Assembly (NCBI GenBank): GCA_964658305.1
Contig: OZ210885.1
Location: forward strand, 19,034,001-19,098,000
Direction of reading: 5' to 3'
Length of the DNA stretch: 64,000 nt
DNA from: Leptogorgia sarmentosa
Lineage: Eukaryota
In this document: piece by piece, positions 1 to 11,812 of the stretch
Layout: every line of letters starts with the position of its first letter
How positions within the stretch are numbered: the stretch's first letter is position 1
The notes under the pieces: generated by a model
Told to the model about the DNA's origin: nothing
The model's input: only the letters and a program-made list of their open reading frames with translations
The model's database searches: none
Translations under genes and position numbers: made by a program

Positions 1-199
1 TACTTGAATCACTTATACATGCATGGTTATAATCTTATACAGGGTGTCTCAAAAAAAAGGTAATCGAACTTTGGCATGCCATTGTGCGTTAATTACTGGG
101 TGTACGAACGTGATTTTTGCATGGTCATAATGTATCAGTCAAATCCAAGCGTGCCCATCCCCCCGGGCTACTGCGGGGCATTTTCCTGTCAAGCACGTC

Positions 200-285
200 C
201 CCGGGGTTGGGCATTTGAACACAAACATTTGCCCGGGGGTGGGGCATTTGAACACAAAATTTGCCCGGGGGTGGGGCATTTGAAA
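200..285. repeat. Subterminal tandem repeat of the Zator-like element (about 3 x 32-34 bp, G-rich)
   Basis: CCCGGGG(G)TGGGGCATTTGAACACAAA-type unit repeated three times. Confidence 0.8.
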
Positions 286-980
286 CTAAAGATTGAAGGT
301 TTTACAACCATTGAGGCTGGATAACTTTCTTTGTAGAGCGATCTAGAGCCATAAACCGGGAAAACTAGCTTGTATAAAACAAGTAGTTTTACATTGCCAG
401 TGTTTATCATAGTTCTTGGAATTGAGTTTCAATTTAATAATATGACGTGCTGTTCGTCCGGCAATTTTATCTTTTACCCCAAAATACCCTTTCCCTAATC
501 CTAAATATCCCTAATTTTATCCCTAATTTTATCCGTAAATATCCCTGGAATTGCCTATAGCCACTTTGTTAAAGTGCTACTGAATCGAAATTTTGGGTAT
601 GCGTTTTTTTACATAATCGAATAGTTCAATCTTTCCTGATCAGTATGGTATATTTTTTATAATAATTGAAGAACGGGAACACGGATAATTTTCGCTTCAA
701 AGTTGGGCTATGCATGCGAATTTTTTCTCTTGAAATATGATGCCGGTGTGACGTAATTAAAAGGACGGAAGTCGATGTATGAGCAAGCTTTGCTATATAT
801 TTTGTTAGTGTTTTTGTGTATGTTCATGAATAAACACGAGTTTATCGAGCAGAGAAAGCGAACGGAGTTTGGATAACGAGAACTCTGATGCGTGTAGTGA
901 AAATTTACATACGGATTCGAGCGATGAGGAAACATTGGTCGTGAATTCCGTTGTGAATCCGTATGAAAACGAGCCGCTCG

Positions 981-1859
981 CAAAGCCCTATTGGACTTTC
1001 CTTTGAATGATGTTGTAGGTATTTTAGATCTGCTGTATAGCTATGATCATGTATTGTGGGTATTAGGCTTTAGTCCTTTTTGTTATATAGTCTAGGTGTT
1101 TAAAATGTCCAGTCCGTGTTGTAGTGTGGCTAAAAACACGATATTCGCGCAGAGTCTATATTATAAGACTGCCCTACGAGGTGCTTTTTAGGAAGACACG
1201 CATATAGCACAGATACACACATATACATATAAGTTTATACATTCCACGTGCACACAATTAAAAACGTGAAAAATAAAGCTAGAATTAATGTATTAAAAAC
1301 TGTGAAAGGTGCATGGGAGGAAGGTATTGTGGGTATGGTTGTCTAAGTCAAGTGTGAAATATCTATGTATGTATGTTGAGGCCATCATATAATTCAGAGA
1401 GTCTAGGATTACTAGACCTTACTTTTGAAGTATATTGGCGAGAGTTATTTGAGTATAGATACAATCATCCGTGGATAAGTTTTGTATAGTAATGTCACCT
1501 TTTACAGTTTTTAATACATTAATTCTAGCTTTATTTTTCACGTTTTTAATTGTGTGCACGTGGAATGTATAAACTTATATGTATATGTGTGTATCTGTTC
1601 TGTGCTATATGCGTGTCTTCCTAAAAAGCACCTCGTAGGACAGTCTTATAATATAGACCCTGCGCGAATATCGTGTTTTGGCCATTTACAACATACGACG
1701 ACACACTACAACACGGACTGGACATTCTAAACACTTAGAGTCCTAGACTATTTAACAAAAAGGACTAAAGCGTAGTACTCAAAATACATGATCATAGCTA
1801 TACAGCAGATCTAAAATACCTACAACAACATTCAAAGGAAAGTCCATTAGGACTCTTTG
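981..1859. repeat. Foldback / long inverted repeat (arms about 330-360 bp, spacer about 185 bp), possibly a further nested MITE
   Basis: 987-1310 is the reverse complement of 1496-1851 with a few indels, e.g. GGACTTTCCTTTGAATG vs CATTCAAAGGAAAGTCC and ATTCCACGTGCACACAATT vs AATTGTGTGCACGTGGAAT. Confidence 0.85.
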
Positions 1860-1897
1860 ATTATCAGTTCAACAATGAACGGGTCCCTATTGTGAGT

Positions 1898-2290
1898 TAC
1901 AGTTTGTCTTATATTAATACGTTGAGGATGTTGCAGCCCTCTTCGAGAGTTTTATGACGCTAAATGTGGTTCACTTTCGTGCGCAGCTTGGTTTTCCTAA
2001 TTTGCACAATTTGCGTAAAGCAAAGTTAAAACTATAGACCCAAAAGTTAAGTTGGAAAATGACAAACAGTTTGTCTTATATTATTTGCGTGGGGTTAAGA
2101 CTGCGCAAAATATGTTGAGGATGCTGCAGCCCTCTGTTTGAGAGTTTTATCTACATTCGAGAACGTTAAAGACGTATAAGTGACGCTAAATGTGGTTCAC
2201 CTACCTGCGCGGCTTGGTTTTCCTAATTTGCACAATTTGCGTAAAGTAAAGTTAAAACTATAGACCCAAAAGTTAAGTTAGAAAATGACA
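1898..2290. repeat. Two-copy tandem duplication (about 165 and 225 bp)
   Basis: ACAGTTTGTCTTATATT...GTTGAGGATG...GACGCTAAATGTGGTTCAC...CCCAAAAGTTAAGTT..AAAATGACAA occurs twice head-to-tail. Confidence 0.8.
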
Positions 2291-2817
2291 ATTTTGTATA
2301 TATTTATATAGGCTTGTAGCTATCAAATTCAACTTCCGTCCTTTAAATGACGTCACGCGCGCAAGGTCAATTTCGCATCGAAACATGCAAAAATGCCAAC
2401 TTTGAGCGCAATTTTCGATACCTTCTCGTCGACGGAATACAATATGTGATATACCAAAATGATCAGTGAAACGGGGAGAAACGGATTATGTAAAAAAACG
2501 CATACCCAAAATTTCGATTCAGTAGCACTTTAATGATAAGGCTCTAGCTAGATAGGACTTTAATAACCAGCCTTCTTTTGTGTGCTCAGAGTTTAAGGTT
2601 TTTGAAGGGCAACCTCTCTTTAATTTTGGACATATACTGTAGTAGCACACATTAGATAACTAATGATCATTTATATATAATTATTATGGACACACCCTTA
2701 AACCAAGTTTAATAACAAGAGTTAATAAGAATAAAATATTTAACATGAACAAAAATAGCTTATTATATAGTTATACGTTCATATGAACGATATAGCTGCA
2801 CATGCAAGTTGATAATT

Positions 2818-5800
2818 TTAGGATTTTGACTTATTAGTTTTGTTCTTTTCCCTAGTAACTTTAGCTTTCTCTACTCCTCGTTTCCTGTTTTCAGTGACTT
2901 GATGCAGGTGGCTTAACCAAATTTTAACCTCATCTGGAGGAAGAAGGCATTTCTTAGATAACTTATCCAAAGCAACTCTATCTATATTCAATACTGCTTC
3001 AGTATTATCCTGACATTTTATGTAAGTTGATATAATATCACAGGGTGGTGGCGAACGAATTGCTTTCCCTTTAGAATATAGCTCCAGCAACTGGTCAAGG
3101 TTTGTGACGTAATGGCCATAGCAGGTTGGAGCACAGGCTTTGCACTGGGTTCCTTTCCACGGCCTACATGGATCAGGAACAGGATAGGGAAAGAAACTAA
3201 ATGATGGGCCAGCTGGAAACCATTTCACATCAATTGGAAGATCTCTGATTCCTACAGAAAAACAGTACATTTCGACAAAACATCAAATCTGCTCCCTAAT
3301 GAATTTGAGCATGGTATAAAACTCAAAAACACACTTAAATGTAAACAAACCTGGTTCCATGCACCTAGGACATATATAAGGCACATCTTGGTCTTCAGGT
3401 TTGTTAGATTCCTCTTCTGTCATTGCAATACAATCCCCGTGGAACCAATTTCCACATTGGTCACATGAAATCATGAACCTGTTTCAATTTAATTTAATAC
3501 AATTTGTAATCAGATACACATATGAATGACAGTTTTTTCAAAGTTTCTTGGATATTTAAAAGGCTCAACAAACACATATGACTTTACCTTCCCTTCTCTT
3601 CTGGCTTTTCGCATATACAGTAACATCTTTTCGAGTTTCCTTTTTCAGCAATGTTTGGTAGTGATTCTGATGAAGGAGCTTCAACTATAAAAAATCAGAT
3701 TAATCTTGTATCACAAAAGCATCTGTTCATTGCTATAAAAGAAGATAGTTTGGAATTATGTAAGTAGAATGAGTTTTAAATAATAAAGGAAGGATGTCTT
3801 GAAAAAAGGTTGTGTAGGCCTACCTTTTTGACACAACGGATGTTTGCACCAACTCTTACCACAGCATTTCAACATGAACACGTAATTTTGCGGGAGACTT
3901 TCATCTATATGGTTGTTTCTAACATCCCAGATCTCAGTAAAGTAATTAAACAGTGTAGGATTATCCTTCTTTAGTTGGTCTTTCGCTTTCTTACTCCCTT
4001 TTAAGAACGTTAGCAGCTCTTCCCTTCTATTAACATGTATTTGATCCACAGGTCCTTTGGTAAGGTGAATTTGTGTCCTCATGCAAGGAGTTCCATTAAC
4101 TCTGCTGATGTATCTGGCAATCGCGGCACTCATGTTTTCTTTGTGTTTTGCTTCATTCAGTTCACCATCAGCAGCATCATTGGAGCCTAGTAATGTTGAT
4201 GGTATGAACAAATTAGAATGGCCTCTACCTAGACATCCGTTTTGGAGTTCAACCCTGTTGAGGAAGCTATCTCCACTGCACCGGGTGGTAACTAACATGA
4301 CTTTGGTTGGTTTGGTCATGTGACGCTCAGTCCACATAAACTGAACTTCGTGGTGCGACGGGCCTTCATCACTTGCTCCATCTACCTGAATGCATTCCAC
4401 ATCTTTGGGCTCTAGGGTATTCTCTTTGTAAAAGGCCGATTTAAGTACATCTACTCCTTCAAGTGCCACGATATCATCAGAGTTGTATTAGTGGGTTCCA
4501 AAGAAAGCACAGGATAGTTCTTATGTGTAAATGTTGAGTCAAGGCGGAATCCGGCCTGGTCATCACGGTTTAATAGTACAATACTCTTTCCATCTCTTAG
4601 GAGTTGTTTAAACAACTTGTACATCGAACAACTCCATTTGCAGTCGGGATTGTACTTCAATGTGAATCCCTTTCATGCTCTCTGATATTTTACATTGGCT
4701 ACACTTTTATACCTCTTGCTGGATAATCTTCCCTTGTGTCTTGGTACACAAAGCTGGACCACGGTACCATAACTGAATTTTCTCCCATAATGCAACTCTA
4801 GCTCTTGTTTTATCTTGCCAAATGTCATCCTTTTGCTTTCCTTCGGATTACCTGAAAAGGTGTACACGCCCGTTCTTCGCCAGCGATCTGCGCCAACATC
4901 ACTTTCTTCCACTATTGTCTCGATTACTTGACCTATGTCAGGAAACTGGTTTAATATAGTCTTACTCGACCATGTAATTTTTTTCCTCAAAAGTCTGTTA
5001 AGTTGAATTTCCTTGGTCATTTTCTTTCGAAACCTGTCTCTAATCTTATTCAGTTTACTTTTGACAATGTATCTCGTTTTTTCAGATGCTATACTATCAT
5101 TGGCACTTTCATTCTCATCACTGGAACTTTCACCATCGCTGCTTTCAGTACAGTCAGGAACGTTTATGGAATTTTCCTCCATTTCTTGTATTTTATCCAA
5201 GTATACATTCCTTGAAGCTTGTGTTAACTTAACTTCTTCCTCACTAAGACTAAGCGCGTTCAATTTTGAAGAAAAATTGTCCAAGAACTGATTAAGCATT
5301 TCTGATGAGCAACCTGATTGCTTAAAAATTTCTTCCATCAGTGAAACAAAAACAAACCAGTTGAAGTTTGCTTGTCGTAATTTCTCTAACGCAATCAATG
5401 AATGTGCCTCAACATGTGCCTTGTTTGAAGGGAGGGTTTGTTGATCAGCTTCAACTTCATTTTCCTGCAGAGATGTTTCACTGTTGGAACTTTCACTATC
5501 CAATGAAATCTCTGAATCATCGGATGATTCTGATTCAGAACTAGAAGCTGATGATAAGCATTCACTAGGGTCAAGTCCACACGAATTCAAGAGTGTTTGT
5601 TGCTCTATTCTCATTGCTTTTTTATGTTTTTGTTTTATCTCTGCAACTATTGAAGCGGCATCCTTCACTGCTTCTGCACGATTCTTTAAGTTAGCAATCC
5701 CATAAACTCTACTTCCTGCTCTTTTTGACATGTTGTAGGCATTACAAATAGTATGTTTCAGTATTTGCTGCTGCGATGTACTTTCACTTAAGCTAATTAG

Positions 5801-8202
5801 TTCTTCGTAATCTTTTCTCGGTAGGTAGTCTTTTTCTTTTTGGGATGAATTATCTTCAAGATAAATGTTAATTTTCGTCTTCATGTCTTCGTAGGTATTA
5901 CACACATGGTCTTTCTCCACTATAAACAATTTGCCATTTACTGAAATTGCTGCCACCGGCATTTGCAATATTTTGCGTTGTGCTTTGCCACTATCGTATT
6001 GTCCATTAAAATATTTGTTCCACAGGTAAGGCAGAGCCACAAATTTATTCTCAAGGACACATCTACTAGCACCAACAACACTACTACATTTTGAGCAGGT
6101 TTTATGCTTTCTTGAGCACTGTTCCCTCTTAGCAATATTGTATTTTTCGAGTGTTAGATTATCCATAAGGCTTTCTCTCACCATTATTTACAGTTGTTGT
6201 AGCTAGAACCCGCGATTCTTGCTTTGCAAGTATGCATAATAAACTATTCAATTCTTGTTCAGAGTATGTTGATGACCCTCCCATAACACCAGGCACACGG
6301 GAAGGTCCTAACAAAAAGTTGCTTCACTTTGACATTCATTAACTGATATATTTGTCTCACCTTGGAAAACATCAGGTTTGTTGGATTTCTGACCCACAGT
6401 ACCGCTTTTACCAATGCATTCTCCTTCTTCCATGCTAACTGCACTGCTCTCATCTTTTTCTGTCACAGAGCCATCTATTTTCTTTTCGTTTTGGATACTT
6501 CTTTCGTCTTTATCTACTTTGGGTTGGTCCTCTTTAATGCAATCTTTATTCATCTTGGGGCTCTCTTCTTCATTGATTATGATTATTTCTTCGTCATGTC
6601 GTCTCTCGTTCTCTTCTGCACACCCACTAGCTTTGGTCTTGCCATCCATGTTTTCTTCTTCGAGGGAAGTAATAATCTTCTTGCCAACATCACTCACGTC
6701 ATTCAATATCAAGGTGCCATCACTCTGGTTTCCTGTGTGATCTTCTGTAACAGGAGTTTTCTCCTTTACTATGAACATTGTTCGGATATCATTTATGCAG
6801 GACTTTTTGGGTTGGCAATTTATTTCGGTTTCATCTTGGCGTTTTTTCTTGTTAGACTTGTATTTAAGATGTTTGGCTTCCTTTTTTTGGAGCTCTGTTA
6901 GTCGATTCTCATATCTTTTTCTTTCTGCCATTAAACCACGGTACTCTTTCTGCAGTAATGTACACTTTTCAAAATCCTTAACTCTCAACGCATGAGAAAT
7001 TTCATTCTGCTTTTCCATCACTCCTGATGACAAAGATTTAATCTTCGATGAGCACGTTTCAATTTCTCTCTGTCGTTGTTCTGAAGTCAGTTTAGCTCTT
7101 TTTGTGGTTGTTTCACCTTCATTATACTTCGATCTACTTCCAGCAGCTTTTTTGAAAACATACGTTTTTCTGGCTTCTTCTTCAGCATCACATTTAAGCT
7201 TTGCTCTGTCATACATCTTGTCGGGGTCTTCAACACACAGGTTTAGAGCAGCTTCATTAACAGCCTTTTGCCAATCAGATAACTTGGACTGCTTATTAAA
7301 ACGTCCATATATTTTAGACATTTCTCCTGTGGTTTCCAGACTCAACTTACCACTTGTTGTTTCTTTACTTTCTTCACAGTCCACTTCTATGCAAAAGAGG
7401 GCATATTTTGATCATGACCCATAACTGATGTAGCACTGACAGACACTGTATGTCTTCCCTCATTTAGCAGAAGCTTAAAATGGTGCTGGAATTTCAACAG
7501 CACTCCTTGTTTACTTATCATACTTTTTATTGACTCACTAGTCAATAACACAAAGGCATCACCATCAATTTCATTTCCTATGCAAAAAGTGTATTTATTT
7601 GCATTTATTGGCAGCAGTGATTTATTATTAATGCTGGAGGGAATATATTGGGAGGAGCCACCAAACAGTTTGAAGCTGCTATGGTGTTGTGTGGTAGGGG
7701 GGAGGGGCTTGTGTCAATTGATAAAATTTCAAGGGGAAAAAGGGGCTACAAATTCTATAATAATTAGATCAATCAACAACAGTACTTTTTCTATTTGAGA
7801 AAAATTCTACTGTTATATTATAAAAATGGCACAATAATTGACAGTATATAGATTGAGGTTTCTGTTTTCAATCCCTAAAATATTTCAACAATCCTATGTG
7901 CAAACATGCTCACTCTATAAACGTATTCATAAGAAGAATGCACAAAAGAAATACTTTTCATCATCATTTGTTACTATTTCTACATCAATTCCCATAGGTA
8001 TATTATATAGACAATGTGTGTGTTTGTGTATTTTAATAATTTAAATGAGCCATTCCGTTCGCATCTTTAAAAATAAATGTTTCACATATGATGTAAAATA
8101 CTTACTTTCAAACACATCCACTAAGGTCTCTAGGCCTTTGCTCTTCAACCAAGATGACACAAACTCCACGTTTTTGCCTTCAAACTCTTTTAAATTAACC
8201 AT
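2818..8202 (-). pseudogene. Spliced, frameshifted Zator-like transposase gene: SAM domain - coiled/acidic region - DDE core - PHD finger - Cys-rich tail
   Basis: Exon 8202-8106 joined to 7577- reads MVNLKEFEGKNVEFVSSWLKSKGLETLVDVFERNEIDGDAFVLLT (SAM-like). ORFs 7384-6308, 6184-4673, 4660-4451 and 4469-3824 carry RDDQAGF, VDGASDEGP and SFLNRVELQN. Phase-compatible GT-AG exons 3684-3588, 3478-3351 (PHD) and 3251-2818. Confidence 0.72.
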
Positions 8203-9125
8203 TTTATAAACCACATACCAATTATAAACGCTTATTATTTAAATGCGCTAAAGGTCAAGAAGGTGACGACGGCGAAAGCCGCGAAACGGGCTTGTTGATC
8301 ATCTAGGTAATTTTATCCCAAATTACCCCAAATTATCCCTACAAATCTCTAGCGAAATATCCCTAGACTTTCTCTAAAATTGTATTATTGTCTTATCATT
8401 TTAAATATACCACTTTCTTTTCCGTTCATACATCAAATACAGTTCAACTGTCCCCGGGGTGGGGGATTTGCTACATATTTCTTGCCCCACAGCAGGGTAT
8501 TTTCATGTGTTTTTATCCCCACCCCCGGGAATTTGCCGAATATTTTGAAAAATTGTCAAAACCCCGGGGGTTTGCCCGGGGGGGGGGGGGGGGGGGATGG
8601 TCACGCTTGGATTTGACTGATACATAAAGATCAAGGTATTAGCAGTTGAATGAAATATTTCTCGTACGATATGGAAGAAAATCAGGCAAATGCGAGCGTG
8701 TTGAAAAATCTCGGTGAAAAACGCATTCTTTCACCTCTGCGCCTAATTAAAGCAGTGCATAACAAAAGAAAAATGCAATTCATCACAAATGTGTCATGGT
8801 AACAAAGATTTTATCAGGATTATTAATAATTATGCATAATCGGGTCGATTGTTGAAGGGAAGGTCGTCATCTTCGAGTCCCAGAGGGAGTTAATTTTGAA
8901 TACGGTTTAGCTGCAATTCTCAGAGGTGAAAGAATGCGTTTTTCACCAAGATTTTTCAACACGCTCGCATTTGCCTGATTTTCTTCCATATCGTACAAGA
9001 AATATTTCATTCAAGTGCTAAGACCTTGATCTTTATGACCATGCAAAAATCACGTTTGTACACCCAGTAATTAACGCACAATGACATGCCGAAGTTGGAT
9101 TACCTTTTTTTTGAGACACCCTGTA

Positions 9126-11506
9126 TATACAAAAATTGTTAATTATTTATAGAAATAGTTACTTTAAATGTTCATTAGTTCGGGATTTGTCCATTCTTTA
9201 CTTCTACAGCAAAATATGTAGTATGTTGATCGGATGGCAATAGATATAATTCTTCTGGTAAAATATTGTTGGTGTGGTTTATCCAGTCCTAACTCGTTTA
9301 GCATTTTTACGAATGTATGACATTCTTTGTCAAACACCCCTAGCGAACTGACAGAAAGATTTATGAACTTAACAGATGTAAAGTTTTGATCCAGTTCTCT
9401 AATTAGGTTTTTATATTTAGCTTTCTTGCGGTTAACGTTGTTTGTGAGGTTTGATTCAAAGCCTACGGTAAGTTCAACAACGTAGAGGTGTTTGTCCGAA
9501 GTGGAGACAAGCAAATCAGGACGGTATTCATTTCCCGTAATAATCCAGGGGCTTTCAAATCCAGGGGCTTTCATACTGGATGTTTTTGTTGCCACTAGTT
9601 GATTTCCAAAGTTCAGCGATTTTGGGATTTGGAGATGTTTTAAGAGCTTGACGGATGACGGTTTGACATTGGATAAATTTGACAGATGGGGGACAAATAT
9701 TTAAACCAAGTTTGTTTCCTGTAAGGAAGACATTACTCAGCGTTCCCGATATAGGTATATCGAGCCATTTACGGATAAAACTGTTTACTTTGGAATCCAA
9801 ATTTTCGGTTATCCACGTCTTCAATATATTGGAACCGTAAAGTGCCAGGATAATTTGGATAGCACGTAACGACTGTACAGGAGAAGTTTATTTTTTGGAT
9901 GCAATGGTTTTGAGTCAATATCAGTCATAAGTTTATTAATCAGAGTTATTCTTTTCATTAGACATATGGAAATCAAAGAAACACCCTAAATATTTAAATG
10001 ATTCTCCAATGGTAATTTTTGAATTAGCTGATTGTTAATGAGAAGTTTTGGCAGGTACTGGACAGACTTTGTGACTGCTTTTTTGATCCCGAAGGTACTG
10101 CACTTGTCAACTCGAATAATCATGTTGGCCCATTGGCATCAGATTGAGAACCAATTTAAGAGGTGTTGATTTTCGGATTCTTGCCCAGTAACTACAGCTG
10201 CGTCATCGGCAAATTGGAACCAGTGGAGAGGATTTAGCATTTTAAAAGAAAAGCCGAATTGACAGTATTTGTCAGCATTTATATGTTGAATGAATGTGTT
10301 GAAACACATGTTGAAAAGGAGGGGACTGAGGCAATCTCCTTGCAGTACACCGCGACCAACTGTGATGAAAGGAGTGTGGAATTTGGAGGTTATTATGGAG
10401 GTCTGGAAATCGGTATATAAACTCTTGATAACAAATTTAATATGTTCGGGGATATGGTGATAGTCAAGTACGGATTGGATTAGGTTGTGAATTCTTGATT
10501 GAGGTCAAGAAGGGTGATGACAACAGAGCATTGCCTAATTCGTGCTTTATTGATGATGTCAGCCATTTGCGCAGTATGTTCTAGAGTACCAGACAGGTTA
10601 GGAGTAAAGGTTTGAATCGTGTGTTCAATAAAGTTGTTGGAGACCAGGAAGGAAAATATTTCGTTTCGAAGACAGGATGTAAATATGTTTAATAGTATTG
10701 ATTCGATTTGAAGGGTTATTAGTATCACCTTTCTTGTGAATGAGTATGGTGCATGCTCTTTTCCATTCAGTCGGTACAGTTCCAGATTGCCAAATTTCAC
10801 AAATGAGGTCAGTAAGATAAGTTCTCAAGTAAGGACATCCCTTGAAACTAATTATGGAAAGTTGGTCTATGGGACAAGGAGAACCAGATGATTTCATTTT
10901 GCGTATAATATTAGTAATTTGTTGATACGTCGGAGGGTCAAGGTTAAATTGAACTTGGGGATCAGACAATTTTGGAATCCAGCTGGGAATGTCAAAAAGT
11001 TTATTTGGACTGATTCTAGCTAACGACTTCGAGAAATAGGAAAAACATTCAGCCACATTGAATGATGGTAAACTTGTATCTTGTTTGTTTAATATATTTT
11101 TCACATAGCCCCAAAAATTGCATCCAAGATATTTGTCGCGGTTTATTGATTCACTGTTATTTAATCCGTCTGCGTTGTTGCTATTGTTACGGAGTTTATC
11201 ACGCAATACACGCGATATATATTTGATTTCACCTAGGTCGCCGTTATTGGTTTTTAATATTCTTAAAACTCTCTTGAGTTCTTTCACGGAATGTTCTTTG
11301 TATTTAGCAACCATATTGTTGTCGGGTACAGATTCATTGTGTCCAAAGTTAGATGCGAAGTAGTTATATATCGTGTCATTCAAGAACTTGATTTTTGAAT
11401 TTACATCCTGTATTGTGATTGGATTGTTTATTTGGAGCGAACATTTAAAATAATTGTTAGCCCATGACCATTCTGACTCGCTTTTAGGGAGATCTATGCC
11501 CTTTTT
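9126..11506 (-). mobile_element. RLE-type non-LTR retrotransposon (HERO/NeSL-like), 3' part, degenerate
   Basis: RT motifs on minus: WKRACTILIHKKGD, RGVLQGDCLSPLLFN (about 10340), QFADDA (about 10205). C-terminal restriction-like endonuclease RPDLL...VVELTVGFE...RKKAKY (9164-9595). Several frameshifts and internal deletions. Confidence 0.85.
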
Positions 11507-11564
11507 TACGGTGGCCCACAGGTGTCATGGCAACAGTTTGAAACATACGGGGCACAACATTTAT

Positions 11565-11742
11565 ATTCCACGGCAACATTTGCATTTATCGTTCACGGCA
11601 ACTTTAAAAATTCACAGCAGCAATTAAAAATCTCACGGCAACATTAAAAATCTCACGGCAACTTCAAAAATCTCACTGCAACATTAGAAATTCACGGCAA
11701 CATTAAAAATCTCACGGCAACTTTAAAAATTCACGGCAACAA
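11565..11742 (+). repeat. About 20-bp tandem repeat in the left IS3EU TIR
   Basis: CACGGCAAC(A/T)TTAAAAAT(CT) units. Confidence 0.9.
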
Positions 11743-11812
11743 TTAAGACGGCGGAAGTGAATTTTCTGTGATTCTAGTTACCAGACCTCTTCAGAGTTCA
11801 TCGCATTCTAAA

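Larger units (their letters stand above)
573..2529. mobile_element. Kolobok-type non-autonomous element (TTAA TSD, AG...CT termini)
   Basis: TTAA(569-572)|AGTGCTACTGAATCGAAATTTTGGGTATGCGTTTTTTACATAATC and its reverse complement ending AGTAGCACT|TTAA(2530-2533). Imperfect inverted similarity extends about 200 bp. No coding capacity. Confidence 0.82.
131..8624 (-). mobile_element. Zator-like DNA transposon, about 8.5 kb, with TAA target-site duplication
   Basis: TIR TGTATCAGTCAAATCCAAGCGTG (131-153) and CACGCTTGGATTTGACTGATACA (8602-8624). TAA at 128-130 and 8625-8627; removing the element restores the host MITE TIR. Internal ORFs carry Zator-like motifs. Boundaries are firm; the family call is less so. 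Confidence 0.8.
40..9123. mobile_element. Non-autonomous Tc1/mariner-type MITE (about 590 bp when empty: 40-130 plus 8628-9123), split by a large insertion
   Basis: TA|CAGGGTGTCTCAAAAAAAAGGTAATC at 38-65 and its reverse complement GATTACCTTTTTTTTGAGACACCCTG|TA ending 9123/9125. TIRs of about 200 bp: the left arm resumes at 8628-8738 and matches 8922-9123. Confidence 0.88.

Noticed and set aside
76..983. Short ORFs in TIRs/MITEs, and the many antisense ORFs overlapping TE genes
   Set aside because: No recognisable motifs; they are shadows of repeats or of opposite-strand coding sequence.
8262..8305. Hammerhead-ribozyme-like GTGACGA-CGGC GAAA GCCG-CGAAAC
   Set aside because: The core has G instead of C3, and I cannot form stems I and III with an NUH site. 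An Infernal search with hammerhead models would settle it.
11565..11742. CRISPR-like repeat array (also 16186-16453)
   Set aside because: Head-to-tail repeats with no unique spacers, inside TIRs, no cas genes, eukaryotic context.
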